Assembly: GCF_988243305.1 (NCBI RefSeq)
Contig: NZ_OZ547136.1
Reading direction: 5' to 3' (one strand)
Length of the DNA stretch: 64,000 bases
Shown here: positions 1 through 10,720 of the stretch, piece after piece
Layout of the letters: each line of letters begins with the position of its first letter
Position numbering within the stretch: position 1 is the stretch's first letter
Notes under the pieces: generated by a model
The model's database searches: none
Seen by the model: the letters and a program-made list of their open reading frames with translations, nothing else
Told to the model about the DNA's origin: nothing
Program-made: the position numbers and the translations under genes

Positions 1-10
1 ATTTTTTCAT
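1..10 (-). CDS. cpsG: Probable 5' end of phosphomannomutase gene (cpsG/manB), truncated by the window edge
   Basis: Reverse complement of nt 1-10 is ATGAAAAAAT (M-K-K...), matching the MKK start of ManB, which follows cpsB in the colanic-acid operon. Only 10 nt are visible. Confidence 0.25.
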
Positions 11-100
11 GTCGTTACCCTTTTTCAGGCAATAGTTGGCCCTGACCGAAGCGGCCAATTTTGTTTTTGTCGTTATTTACACCGCGGTTTCGCATTCATT

Positions 101-290
<190 letters not shown>

Positions 291-1736
291 TTACACCCGT
301 CCGTAGCGATCCGCGAAGCGCACCACATCATCCTCTTCGAGATAAGAGCCGGAGCGCACTTCAATTAAATCGAGCGGAATTTTCCCCGGGTTTTCCAGGC
401 AATGCGTCGCCCCCAGCGGAATATAAATGGACTCGTTTTCACCAAGCAGTTTGATATCACCGTCGATAGTGACTTTTGCCGTTCCCGCGACCACCACCCA
501 GTGTTCCGCGCGGTGATGGTGCATCTGTACCGACAAGCCCTCGCCCGGTTTCACGGTGATGCGTTTCACCTGGTAGCGGTCGCCCGCGTCGATAGAGTCA
601 TATTTGCCCCACGGACGATACACTTCGCGATGCACCCGATGCTCATGGCGACCATCGGCTTTGATCTGCTCGACCACTTTTTTCACATCCTGCACCGCGT
701 TACGGTCGGCAATCAGCACCGCATCTTTGGTCTGCACCACTACCAGATCTTTCACCCCGACGGTGGTGACCAGGCCAGATTCGGCGTACACATAGCTGTT
801 TTCAGTTTTGTGATTAATCACATCACCGTGGCAAACGTTGCCCTCGGCGGTGTGGGCGCTGATCTCCCATAATGAAGACCAGGAACCGACATCGCTCCAG
901 CCCGCATCCATCGGCACCACAACGGCATCTGCCGTACGTTCCATGACCGCGTAATCCACCGACTCTTCCGGGCAGGCCAGAAACGCTTCTTCATCCACGC
1001 GAATAAAATCGAGATCCGGATCGACGGCGCTCATCGCTTGTTCACAGGCGTCGAGAATATCCGGGCGATATTTTTTCAGTTCTTCGAGATAGCGTCCGGC
1101 GCGGAACAGGAACATGCCGCTGTTCCAGTAATATTCGCCGCTTGCCACATAGGCCTGGGCGGTTTCCAGATTCGGTTTTTCGACAAACTGCGCCACTTCA
1201 AAGGCCACCGTATCCTGCTCACCCGCAGATACTTCACCGCGACGAATATAGCCATATCCGGTTTCAGGTAGATCCGGCACAATGCCGAAGGTCACCAGCT
1301 TGCCCGCTTCGGCATATGGCATGGCATTACGCACGGCGGTGCGAAAAGCGTCTTCATCGGCAATCACATGATCCGCCGCCAGCACCAGCATTAACGGGTC
1401 GCTCTCCGGGCTATGACGTTTTGCCGCCAGCGCCGCCAGCGCCGCCAGCGCAATGGCAGGTGCAGTGTTACGCCCTGCCGGTTCGAGAATAATGTTCTCG
1501 GTGAGTTTGTTCAGTTGGCGCAGCTGTTCCGCGACAATAAAGCGGTGCTGCTCATTGCAAATCACCACCGGGCTTTCGCACTCTACGCCTTTCAGGCGGC
1601 AGATGGTGGTTTGCAGCATGGTGAGATCGCCTTTCAGGCATAAAAACTGCTTGGGGTAAAGTACGCGGGAAAGCGGCCATAAGCGGCTACCGGAGCCACC
1701 TGCCATCACAACTGGATAGAGTTTCGACTGCGCCAT
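291..1736 (-). CDS. cpsB: Mannose-1-phosphate guanylyltransferase (GDP-mannose pyrophosphorylase), colanic acid pathway
   Basis: 481-aa ORF beginning [24 protein letters not shown] (nucleotidyltransferase G-rich motif) with a C-terminal cupin-type mannose-6-phosphate isomerase-like region. Position upstream of the cpsG start fits the cps operon. Confidence 0.9.
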   Translation of the reverse strand: MAQSKLYPVVMAGGSGSRLWPLSRVLYPKQFLCLKGDLTMLQTTICRLKGVECESPVVICNEQHRFIVAEQLRQLNKLTENIILEPAGRNTAPAIALAALAALAAKRHSPESDPLMLVLAADHVIADEDAFRTAVRNAMPYAEAGKLVTFGIVPDLPETGYGYIRRGEVSAGEQDTVAFEVAQFVEKPNLETAQAYVASGEYYWNSGMFLFRAGRYLEELKKYRPDILDACEQAMSAVDPDLDFIRVDEEAFLACPEESVDYAVMERTADAVVVPMDAGWSDVGSWSSLWEISAHTAEGNVCHGDVINHKTENSYVYAESGLVTTVGVKDLVVVQTKDAVLIADRNAVQDVKKVVEQIKADGRHEHRVHREVYRPWGKYDSIDAGDRYQVKRITVKPGEGLSVQMHHHRAEHWVVVAGTAKVTIDGDIKLLGENESIYIPLGATHCLENPGKIPLDLIEVRSGSYLEEDDVVRFADRYGRV

Positions 1737-1738
1737 AA

Positions 1739-2962
1739 TTATCCCCGAATATCATTTATAAATTGACGTAACACGTTCTCTTTATCGAGCGTGCGTTCGG
1801 CATATTCACGTGCCACCGTGTTGTGTTTGGGCAGCAGAAGCGCCTGACGGATCCCCGCCACCAGCGCCTCGACCGATTCCGGTTCTACGCAAACCGCAAT
1901 TCCCGGAAAGGTTTCGCAAAGCTGCCCCAGTTCTGTGTGGGCTTCCGCGGTAATCACCGCGTTACCGCCTACCGCCAGAATATTGGTCAGTTTCGACGGC
2001 AATACGGCATCTGCCGCGCCGCGTTTTTGCACCACCAGATGGCAATCGCCCATCTTCAGCAGTGCGGGTAAAGCGTCATACGATTGCAGCGGGAAAAATT
2101 GCATGTTGCGCAGTCCACGCTGCTGCGCCATTTTTTCCAGCCGCGCTTTGCCGCCGCCCTGCCCGACAATGGCAAAAATCAGCGGTTCATCGCGCAGGAG
2201 ATCGGCAGCTTCAATAACGTTTTCCAGCCCCTGCTTTTCACCAATATTGCCGGAGTAAAGAATGATTTTTTTGTTATCCGGCAGGCCAAGCTGGTTACGA
2301 AGAGCGTCAACATCGGCATCTGCAACATGCTGAAAACGGGCAATTTCCGACCAGTTGGGGAAGAAGATGACGTTTTCCGCCGCCACGCCTTTTTCGATGG
2401 CTTTATTCATCATCGAACGCGAAATCGTGGAGACGTTATCGACGTTATGCAGTCCGCTACGTTCGAACGCCGTTGCCAGCTGTGCCACTTTGCCGCCTTT
2501 GCCTTTTCCGGCAAGGCCCAGCCCCAGCATGGCGTCCACTTCGTAATCCTGAATATGCAGCACGGTACGCGCACCAGAGAGTTTCGCCAGCAGGCGCATT
2601 CCCGGCGTGCAAAACAGCGTTGGCACCACGCCAATAATGCGATCCGGCTTCCAGCGACGTTGCGCCATCAACGGGAAAAAACTGCTGACGGCAAAACTGC
2701 CGAGATGTAACAGGCGTTTCAGGGTGCTCGGCTGTTTTGGCACGTACAGCGGGCAGCGCCACACCGTAGCGGCCCCCTCTTCTCGTTTGTATCGCCAGGC
2801 GGAATAGTTCTCGCCCACCTGCCACTGCGGGTAGTAAGGTGGTGCGGTAATGACCCGCACCTCATGACCTTGTGCCGCCAGCCATTCCACCATCTCGCCG
2901 GTGTATTTGCCGATGCCGGTTAACTCCGGCGAGTAGTTAATGCCGTAGACCAGTATTTTCAT
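1739..2962 (-). CDS. wcaI: Colanic acid biosynthesis glycosyltransferase WcaI (GT4 family)
   Basis: 407-aa [27 protein letters not shown]...; operon position between gmm and cpsB. Confidence 0.9.
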   Translation of the reverse strand: MKILVYGINYSPELTGIGKYTGEMVEWLAAQGHEVRVITAPPYYPQWQVGENYSAWRYKREEGAATVWRCPLYVPKQPSTLKRLLHLGSFAVSSFFPLMAQRRWKPDRIIGVVPTLFCTPGMRLLAKLSGARTVLHIQDYEVDAMLGLGLAGKGKGGKVAQLATAFERSGLHNVDNVSTISRSMMNKAIEKGVAAENVIFFPNWSEIARFQHVADADVDALRNQLGLPDNKKIILYSGNIGEKQGLENVIEAADLLRDEPLIFAIVGQGGGKARLEKMAQQRGLRNMQFFPLQSYDALPALLKMGDCHLVVQKRGAADAVLPSKLTNILAVGGNAVITAEAHTELGQLCETFPGIAVCVEPESVEALVAGIRQALLLPKHNTVAREYAERTLDKENVLRQFINDIRG

Positions 2963-3441
2963 AATCCGGGTACTCCGGCACGCTTCTCAGCGAGAAAATA
3001 GGCGCGGCTGTTAGCGTGAACATCGTTACTGGCGAGCAGCGCGTCCGGCGTCAGCCAGCGGTAATCGTCATGCTGCTCATCCGGCAGTATCAGATCTTCT
3101 TCAGCGACTCTGAAGCGAAAACCGAGCACCACATAGTGAGTGGTGAAATCCGTGCCGGAGAAGTTATCGTCATAAAAGTGCTGCCAGACACCGTAAAACT
3201 GGCCTGCTGTTATCGGCAGACGCAGCCCCAGTTCCGCCATCGTCAGCCGCTCGAATGCGGCTTCCAGCGTTTCGTCTTTCTGCACGCGCCCTCCCGGCAC
3301 AAACCAGTAACCCTGCGCCGGGCGGTTGGTTCTTTTGCCAAGCAGAAACTCGCCGCGACTGTTCTCGACAATAAAGTCGAGAGAGACAAGCGGGGTGGAG
3401 CGCACTACCGTGGCAAAGTCTTCCTGACGTAAAAACATCAT
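2959..3441 (-). CDS. gmm: GDP-mannose mannosyl hydrolase (Nudix family)
   Basis: 160-aa ORF with a Nudix-like box ([23 protein letters not shown]); 4-nt overlap with the wcaI start, 1-nt overlap with the fcl stop. Confidence 0.88.
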   Translation of the reverse strand: MMFLRQEDFATVVRSTPLVSLDFIVENSRGEFLLGKRTNRPAQGYWFVPGGRVQKDETLEAAFERLTMAELGLRLPITAGQFYGVWQHFYDDNFSGTDFTTHYVVLGFRFRVAEEDLILPDEQHDDYRWLTPDALLASNDVHANSRAYFLAEKRAGVPGL

Positions 3442-4406
3442 TACCCCCGAAAGCGGTCTTGATTCTCAAGGAACCACTGGTAAGTGCTGGCAAGCCCCGC
3501 TTCCAGTGAGATTTCGTGATACCAGCCAAGCTGATGCAGGCGCGTCACATCCAGCAGTTTGCGCGGCGTGCCATCCGGTTTGCTGGCATCAAAAACCACC
3601 CGGCCTTTGTAACCCACCACTTTGGCGATGGTTTGCGCCAGCTCGCGGATAGTGCAGTCAACGCCCGTGCCGACGTTAATGTGCGACAACATCGGCTGGG
3701 TGTTCTCCAGCCAGACTTCATGCGCCAGCTCCATGACATGAATGCTCGCCGCCGCCATATCATCGACGTGCAGAAATTCGCGCATCGGTGTACCGCTGCC
3801 CCATACCACCACGTCCGGCGCATTCTGTGCCGTCGCCTCGTGGAAGCGACGCAGCAATGCTGGGATCACATGCGAATTACTCGGGTGGAAGTTGTCGTGT
3901 GGCCCGTACAGGTTGGTCGGCATGACTGAGCGGTAATCGCGTCCGTACTGGCGGTTGTATGATTCGCACAGTTTGATCCCGGCGATTTTGGCAATAGCAT
4001 AAGGCTCGTTAGTCGGCTCCAGCGTGCCCTGCAACAACTCGCTTTCTGCCATCGGCTGTTTTGCCAGTTTCGGGTAGATGCAGGACGATCCGAGAAACAG
4101 CAGTTTGTTCACGTCGTTCTGATGCGCGGCGTGAATGATGTTGCTCTCAATCATCATGTTCTGGTAGATGAAATCCGCCGGATAGGTGTTGTTGGCAACA
4201 ATGCCGCCCACTTTCGCCGCCGCCAGATAGACCTGGTCAATACGTTCGCTGGCAAAGAAATCATGCACGGCGCGGCTGTCCAGCAGGTTCAGCTCGTCGC
4301 GGGTGCGTAATACCAGTTCCACATCACCGCGCTGTTCGAGCTGCCGCCTGATGGCAGAACCGACCATCCCGCGATGGCCAGCGATAAAAATGCGTTGTTT
4401 ACTCAT
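3441..4406 (-). CDS. fcl: GDP-L-fucose synthase (GDP-4-keto-6-deoxymannose epimerase/reductase)
   Basis: 321-aa [26 protein letters not shown] with a Rossmann GxxGxxG motif, short-chain dehydrogenase/epimerase fold; follows gmd. Confidence 0.92.
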   Translation of the reverse strand: MSKQRIFIAGHRGMVGSAIRRQLEQRGDVELVLRTRDELNLLDSRAVHDFFASERIDQVYLAAAKVGGIVANNTYPADFIYQNMMIESNIIHAAHQNDVNKLLFLGSSCIYPKLAKQPMAESELLQGTLEPTNEPYAIAKIAGIKLCESYNRQYGRDYRSVMPTNLYGPHDNFHPSNSHVIPALLRRFHEATAQNAPDVVVWGSGTPMREFLHVDDMAAASIHVMELAHEVWLENTQPMLSHINVGTGVDCTIRELAQTIAKVVGYKGRVVFDASKPDGTPRKLLDVTRLHQLGWYHEISLEAGLASTYQWFLENQDRFRG

Positions 4407-4408
4407 GC

Positions 4409-5530
4409 TTATGACTCCAGCGCGATCGCCACGTCGTAGCCGTGAGATTTCAGCAGAGAGTGTTTTTTCGCCGCTTCGAGGTCATTAGCCACCATTTCAG
4501 ACACCATCTCTCTGAGGGTGATTTCCGGTTTCCAGCCCAGTTTTTCGTGCGCTTTGGTCGGGTCGCCGAGCAGCGTTTCAACTTCTGCCGGACGGAAGTA
4601 ACGCGGGTCAACGGCGATAATCACATCACCCGGTTTAACGCCCGGCGCGTCATGCCCGGTGACGGAAACCACAATGCCCTTCTCTTCAACACCCGTGCCT
4701 TCAAAGCGCAGTTTGATGCCCAGCTGTGCTGCCGCCATTTCCACGAACTGACGTACGGAGTACTGAACGCCGGTAGCGATAACAAAATCTTCCGGCTGTT
4801 CCTGTTGCAGCATCATCCACTGCATTTTTACGTAGTCTTTGGCATGGCCCCAGTCACGCAGGGAATCCATATTGCCGAGGTACAGACACGACTCCAGCCC
4901 CTGGGCGATGTTGGCGATTGCGCGGGTGATTTTGCGGGTAACGAAGGTTTCACCGCGGCGCGGGGATTCATGGTTGAAGAGAATACCGTTACAGGCGTAC
5001 ATGCCGTAGGATTCGCGGTAGTTAACGGTGATCCAGTAGGCGTACAGTTTGGCGACCGCATACGGAGATCGCGGGTAGAACGGCGTGGTCTCTTTCTGCG
5101 GAATTTCCTGCACCAGACCATACAGTTCAGAGGTGGAAGCCTGATAGAAACGAGTTTTCTTTTCCAGACCGAGGAAGCGGATCGCCTCCAGCAGGCGCAG
5201 CGTACCCATCGCGTCGACGTCAGCGGTATATTCTGGTGACTCAAAAGAGACCGCAACGTGGCTCATTGCGCCCAGGTTGTACACTTCATCCGGCTGTACT
5301 TCACGCAAAATGCGCGTCAGGTTAGAGGTATCACTCAGGTCGCCATAATGCAGATGGAATTTCGGGTTGCAGGTGTGCGGATCCTGATAAATGTGATCCA
5401 CGCGCTCGGTGTTGAATGACGATGCGCGACGCTTAATACCATGCACCTCGTAACCTTTTTCCAGCAGAAACTCTGCCAGGTAAGAACCGTCTTGTCCGGT
5501 TACACCGGTGATGAGAGCGACTTTTGACAT
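4409..5530 (-). CDS. gmd: GDP-mannose 4,6-dehydratase
   Basis: 373-aa [38 protein letters not shown], a canonical Gmd N-terminus. Confidence 0.93.
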
Positions 5531-5555
5531 GTCTTATTCCTCTGTATTTTTGAAT

Positions 5556-6104
5556 TTATTCAGTTTCAACGCGTTCGCGTATCACCACTGCGGGATTCCC
5601 CCGGCAAACCACATTTGCCGGAAGCGATTTAAAAACACTGCTTCGTGCACCCACGACGGTGCCGTCGCCGATTGTGACGCCTGGGGCAACAAAGACATCG
5701 GTTGCCAGCCAGCATTTCTCGCCAATCACAATAGGCGTGGCGTTAATGGTGAAATGTTGACTTGCATGGTCGTGGCTACCGGTGCATAAATAACTTTTTT
5801 GCGATATCACCGAATGTGCGCCAATGGTTATTTCACCGAGGGTATATAAATTGACGTCATCGCCGACCCACGCGTAATCACCTAAGGTTAATTTCCACGG
5901 ATAGGTAATTTTTACTGACGGACGAATAACTACGTTTTTTCCTATTTTTGCTCCGAATAAACGTAATAAAAAAGCCCGCCAGCGATACAATACTTGTGGC
6001 GACCAGGCAAATATTGTTGCCTGTACTGCCCACCATAATTGCACTTTAATAGCGTTGCCGCCCCGGAACCCTTTCGGCACCGAGAAACCGCTTAAATCTT
6101 GCAT
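5556..6104 (-). CDS. wcaF: Colanic acid biosynthesis acetyltransferase WcaF (hexapeptide-repeat family)
   Basis: 182-aa ORF with left-handed beta-helix hexapeptide repeats (IGAHSVISQKSYLCTGSHD...VIGEKCWLATDVFVAPGVTIGDGTVVGARSSV). Confidence 0.88.
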   Translation of the reverse strand: MQDLSGFSVPKGFRGGNAIKVQLWWAVQATIFAWSPQVLYRWRAFLLRLFGAKIGKNVVIRPSVKITYPWKLTLGDYAWVGDDVNLYTLGEITIGAHSVISQKSYLCTGSHDHASQHFTINATPIVIGEKCWLATDVFVAPGVTIGDGTVVGARSSVFKSLPANVVCRGNPAVVIRERVETE

Positions 6105-6119
6105 TGGTTTTCCTTATAT

Positions 6120-6866
6120 TCAGACTTTGTTATATAAGGCTTTCGTCTTTGAGGTAGTACGTTGGCGTAAATGCCAGGATAATTCAGCCCAAAAGCCAGG
6201 CACATGTAATATTTGTCGTTGGACTTTTTTCGCGTCAGCACACAATTCCATATTATTGGTGGTAGATACCCCACCCATGGAAAATTCAGACACCAGGCCA
6301 TTGAGTTTTTTAAATGCATAACCGGCTTTATACATTTTGGCTGCCAGCGCGTAGTCGGAAGAAACTTTATATTCCAGGTCATAACGCCATTTTTTCAAGC
6401 CGGATACAGGGAAAAATATCGCCTGATGACTGGCGGGCAGGCTGTGATAAATATACCAGCCCGGTTTGGCGCTACGTTTAATTTTATGCCCGTCGCCAAA
6501 ATCCAGCAGCGCATCGCCGGTGATCATCACGTTATCTTTTTGCATTTTTAACTTACGGACAAAATTTGCGGCATTCTGATGAAAAATATCGCCCGAATTG
6601 AGAAACAACGCGAACTTGCCTTGTGCCATCGCAATGCCTTTGTTCATGGCGTCGTAGATACCGTTATCTGGCTCGCTGACAAAGCGTAGGTTAAAGATAC
6701 CATTGAGATTTTCCAGATACTCACGGGTGCCGTCGTTGGAACCGCCATCGACAACAATCCATTCGAAGCTGATATCTTCCACCTGCGCCAGATGCGCCAG
6801 CGAGGCATGTGTTTTGACTATCCCTTCGAGGTTACGAAACGCGACAGTGATTATGCTAAGCAACAT
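6120..6866 (-). CDS. wcaE: Colanic acid biosynthesis glycosyltransferase WcaE (GT2 family)
   Basis: 248-aa [26 protein letters not shown]...[10 protein letters not shown], a GT2 signature; operon position. Confidence 0.88.
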
Positions 6867-6876
6867 GTTCTTATTC

Positions 6877-8094
6877 TTACCTCGTAATATTTAACGCTTT
6901 TCGCAAAATAAACGGACAGACGATTAAAAATGCATATTCCGGGCTAAATATCGAACCGGTAAAAAACAGCGATACCGGAGTAAAAAGATATAATTGCACG
7001 CGAAAATTGCGGTTATCACCAAAAGCGTTGATCATCATTTTTATCACTTTCCCCATGTACCACAGCGATAAAAACACTGCGAACCAGGAAAAATAAATAA
7101 TCAGCAGATACAAACCATTGTCTATGGTTTTTCCGACATCCGCACCGTTAAATATTCCGAATGATGCGACATATTCATAAAGTGAGCCAAATCTGACTAC
7201 ACCGTCAATATGGGTCAAAGAATAACCGACCATCACCAGCGGACCGACAATACGATAATACGATGACGATCCTTCCGTGCCTAAATCACCCAGACGGGTG
7301 GAAATATAAGGAAATGCAATTACCACACCAACCAGGAATACAGCCAGAGAAATCAATGCTAACGGTAACTTTTTCTTAATCGCCTCTTTATTCAGATATT
7401 GAAATGCCCACTCCAGCAAATAAAACAGGATAAAGGTCATAACCCCTGAAAACGATCCGGATAATATTATCCCTGCGAGAATCATAGCATCGGTTTTAGG
7501 GGTTTTGATACCAAACTGTTTGATGCTGAGCCAAATTGAGATTAATGCCAGAGCGAAAAATGCCGGTTCGAAATAAAGTGCTGTCGTGCGCTTGCCGCCG
7601 AATTTGATGAAATTCAGCACATAGCTGTTGCTGTAAATCAGATATTTCGAAATCGATTCCATAATACTGCTGCCGCCGGTGAGGATAATTTGCGCCATCT
7701 CCACCGCCGCCAGCGCCACCACCAACCCGACCACCAGATAAAAGAAACGTAATATCTTGCGATGGTTGTGTGGCGAAATCGTTTTAAAGCGAATACTCCA
7801 CACCATGCCAATAATGATCACAATATAGACAAACAGCATGGTTGAAGTGACGTATTTACTGGCATCCAACGACTGACCAAACAGGTAGTTAAACGCCGTG
7901 AGTCCCGCGCCAATCCCCAGGGCAATCATTAATTTTTTAACGCTGATGCGCTCTAAAAACAGCAGCAGCAAGACAGGTAAAAAAGTGACGATGGTGATGG
8001 GGAAACTTTCGCCCAGCTGGGCGATTTTGACGTTAACCAGCAGGTAAATCAGCGGCAGCAGCAGGTAGCTACAGATTCTGATAGAAGTTGACAT
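6877..8094 (-). CDS. wcaD: Putative colanic acid polymerase WcaD (polytopic membrane protein)
   Basis: The ORF track gives 429 aa; I place the start at the internal Met ([19 protein letters not shown]..., 405 aa, ATG at 8092-8094) because the 24-aa extension lies inside wcaC. Highly hydrophobic multi-TM sequence. Confidence 0.85.
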
Positions 8095-9286
8095 ACTCCT
8101 CCAGCATCTGTTGTCCACTGTAGGCGGCGCGGCTGCATTGGCTGAACTCAGCCAGCGTGGTGCCAAATATCGCCTTCGCGATTTCCGGTTTGCTTAACTG
8201 CACCAGTTGCAGCACGTCTTCTTCGCTGACGGTTTTACCGCCGGATTTTTGCAGCACTTCACGTGCCGCGTCGCTATGGGTGGCAATCACCGGCACGCCA
8301 ATCGATAGCGCCTCACACAAAATCAGCGGGTAGTTATCGACGCGAGAACTGAATACCAGCGCATCCATCTGATTGAGCGCGCTCATCAACTTGCGCTTGT
8401 CAGTTTCAAAGCCGTGATTAACCACGTTGCCAGCGGTGAACGGCGAGAACTTACCAAAGGTATGCAGTTCGATTTTGTCGCCCAGCGCCATCATCTCGCG
8501 TACCAGTTGCTGGTTAGTTTTGCCGTCGTAACGCAGATCATGCGCCACCACCGCGATTTTCGGCTTGCCCTGAGTTTCGCGCACCGGAGGCAGGTCCGCC
8601 AGAATCGCTTCGGTTGCCATATCAATGCCATTATTGATAATCCGGCAACGCCCTGGACCGTACAGACTATTGAAAGCATCAGCCACATGCTGGCTGGGGG
8701 AAATAAACTGACAGCCCAGCGCCAGCATCTCACGGAATAACTGGCGTTTGCCCGCCACCAGCTGGTGTGCGCGATCAATCTTCACCGGCGGATAGTTATT
8801 TAAGGTCGGGCATTTCTGGCAGCCCTTTTTCCAGCCTTCACAACCGTCGGTAAAGGCGCAGCGTCCGGTAACGCTCCAGTGATCGTGTAACGTCCAGACC
8901 AAAGTGACATTCGGTTTGTGGTTTTTCACCTTTTCGCAAAAGCGCACCACGCTCTTAAGATTCAACCAGTAGCTGTGCAGCACATGAAAATGCAGGACCA
9001 CCGGACCCGGTGTGCGAGTAATGGTGCGATATAACTCATTGAAATTGCCGAACAGATCGCGATTAAACAGACGAAACAGGGCAATGTTCGCCATCGCGGT
9101 CATCCGCGGCGTATGTTTGATGACCTGCGGATAGTTCTGATGGCTGACGCTCTCTTTGCCGCCTTTGCCGTAACCGTAGACAAAATGTGACGCCAGCCCC
9201 TGTTGCAGCGCACGCTGGTGGAGATCTAACGCCACACCTGCCGCCCCGCCTTCCGCCAGTCGCACATTAAATTGCAGAATATTCAT
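8069..9286 (-). CDS. wcaC: Colanic acid biosynthesis glycosyltransferase WcaC (GT4 family)
   Basis: 405-aa ORF MNILQFNVRLAEGGAAGVALDLHQRA...; operon position. Confidence 0.88.
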   Translation of the reverse strand: MNILQFNVRLAEGGAAGVALDLHQRALQQGLASHFVYGYGKGGKESVSHQNYPQVIKHTPRMTAMANIALFRLFNRDLFGNFNELYRTITRTPGPVVLHFHVLHSYWLNLKSVVRFCEKVKNHKPNVTLVWTLHDHWSVTGRCAFTDGCEGWKKGCQKCPTLNNYPPVKIDRAHQLVAGKRQLFREMLALGCQFISPSQHVADAFNSLYGPGRCRIINNGIDMATEAILADLPPVRETQGKPKIAVVAHDLRYDGKTNQQLVREMMALGDKIELHTFGKFSPFTAGNVVNHGFETDKRKLMSALNQMDALVFSSRVDNYPLILCEALSIGVPVIATHSDAAREVLQKSGGKTVSEEDVLQLVQLSKPEIAKAIFGTTLAEFSQCSRAAYSGQQMLEEYVNFYQNL

Positions 9287-9771
9287 TTAATTACCTTCAC
9301 TCGCGCTTTTTCTCCCACCACCAGCGCGTTGTCCGGGACAGAGTCGAGCACCACGCTGCCCGCGCCCACGGTGACGTTGTTACCAAGCGTGATATCACCA
9401 AGAATAATGACGTTGGCACCGAGCTCGACGCCGTTGCCAATGTGTGGACATGCCATGTTATCGGCACCACGATTGCCGATAGTGACGCCGTGGCGAATGG
9501 TGAAATCATCCCCCGCTACCACGTTTTTATTGATCACTACGGCGTAACCGTGATGGATAGTGAAACGGCGACCAATGGTTGCGGCTGCCTGGATTTCATA
9601 ACCGAAAAAGCATTCGGTGATAATGCGATACAGCACCAGCAGCGGGGCCGCCCAAATATTGTTGAGGACGTTCTTTTTGCGCCACACCGAACAAAAATGA
9701 GCGACGCGATAGGCAAGAACCATGCAGCACGGGCGTAAACTCCAGCTGTTGGCGCGCAGATCTTCCAGCAT
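9283..9771 (-). CDS. wcaB: Colanic acid biosynthesis acetyltransferase WcaB (serine acetyltransferase-like hexapeptide protein)
   Basis: 162-aa ORF with hexapeptide repeats (TIHHGYAVVINKNVVAGDDFTIRHGVTIGNRG...); 4-nt overlap with the wcaC start. Confidence 0.88.
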   Translation of the reverse strand: MLEDLRANSWSLRPCCMVLAYRVAHFCSVWRKKNVLNNIWAAPLLVLYRIITECFFGYEIQAAATIGRRFTIHHGYAVVINKNVVAGDDFTIRHGVTIGNRGADNMACPHIGNGVELGANVIILGDITLGNNVTVGAGSVVLDSVPDNALVVGEKARVKVIK

Positions 9772-9773
9772 CT

Positions 9774-10613
9774 TTAGCGCCCCCGAATACCATCAGCCAG
9801 ACGTTTGCCGTTACGCACCGACAGCAGCGTCAGCAAAGTGCGCCAGGTCATGCGTTTATTGCGGATCTGGTAGAGGGTAAACAGCTGATATTTTTTGCTG
9901 GCACGGTCGAATTTGTCTTTGTGCTTGCGGTAAAAGTGGAAGTACCCGGAGAATTTTTTCGGTGACGAGGTGATCTGCATTTCACCGTGATTGATATGCA
10001 GGATCTGCGTCGCCTCTTCCACTTTCCACGGTTCGCCATACTCCACCACCATCCGCAGGAAGATGTCGTAATCCTGTGCCGCTTTCAGTTCGGTATCAAA
10101 CAAACACTCTTTGAAACGCCATGCCCAGGTAAAGACCTGATTGCCAATGATATTGCGTTTGTAGAACAGGCGGCGTGAATACGGCGATTTGGGATACAGC
10201 GGTAAGCTTGCCGGTTGGGAATAGACTTCGCCCTGGCAAACGTAATCGTTAGCGTACAAAAAGGCGTGAGTGACCAGTTGCTGTTTATGGGCGAGGAAGA
10301 CGCTCAGACGGTTGGGGGTCCATTCATCATCATCATCGATCCCGGTGATGTATTCCCCTTGCGCCAGCATAATAGCCTGGTTACGTACCGCGCACGCCCC
10401 GCTGTTAATGTCGTTGTGAATGTAGGTAATACGCGGATCGTTGAGGGCGGTGACGTACTGTTGCAGTTGTTCCCAGGAGGTGGAGCAATCATCCACGACG
10501 ATCATCTCCCAGTTGTTGTAGTCCTGGCGCAGGACCGATTTTATCGCCCGAATCGCCAGTTGTTGGCGGTTCCAGGTCGGCATATAGATTGAGATCAGCG
10601 GATTGTCTTTCAT
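9774..10613 (-). CDS. wcaA: Colanic acid biosynthesis glycosyltransferase WcaA (GT2 family)
   Basis: 279-aa ORF MKDNPLISIYMPTWNRQQLAIRAIKSVLRQDYNNWEMIVVDDCS, a GT2 signature. Confidence 0.88.
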   Translation of the reverse strand: MKDNPLISIYMPTWNRQQLAIRAIKSVLRQDYNNWEMIVVDDCSTSWEQLQQYVTALNDPRITYIHNDINSGACAVRNQAIMLAQGEYITGIDDDDEWTPNRLSVFLAHKQQLVTHAFLYANDYVCQGEVYSQPASLPLYPKSPYSRRLFYKRNIIGNQVFTWAWRFKECLFDTELKAAQDYDIFLRMVVEYGEPWKVEEATQILHINHGEMQITSSPKKFSGYFHFYRKHKDKFDRASKKYQLFTLYQIRNKRMTWRTLLTLLSVRNGKRLADGIRGR

Positions 10614-10647
10614 AGGTTGTTCTCCCGGCTTATGAGCTGGTTTGCTT

Positions 10648-10720
10648 GCCGGATGCGGCGTGAGCGCCTTATCCGGCCTACGGGGCGGTGCGAATGCAGG
10701 CGTCGTTATTTCGCATCCGA
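10648..10720. repeat. REP palindromic elements between wzc and wcaA
   Basis: gccggatgcggcgtgagcgccttatccggcctac followed by a second partial palindrome (gcgaatgcaggcgtcgttatttcgcatccgac) that overlaps the wzc stop. Confidence 0.7.

Noticed and set aside
402-872. Numerous 60-265-aa ORFs on the opposite strand or in alternate frames inside well-supported genes (for example 402..872 +, 4442..5239 +, 15012..15635 -, 31895..32272 -, 43591..44190 -).
   Set aside because: They lie entirely within, and antisense or out of frame to, long conserved genes; their translations are Arg/His/Cys-rich with no recognisable motifs. Treated as shadow ORFs.
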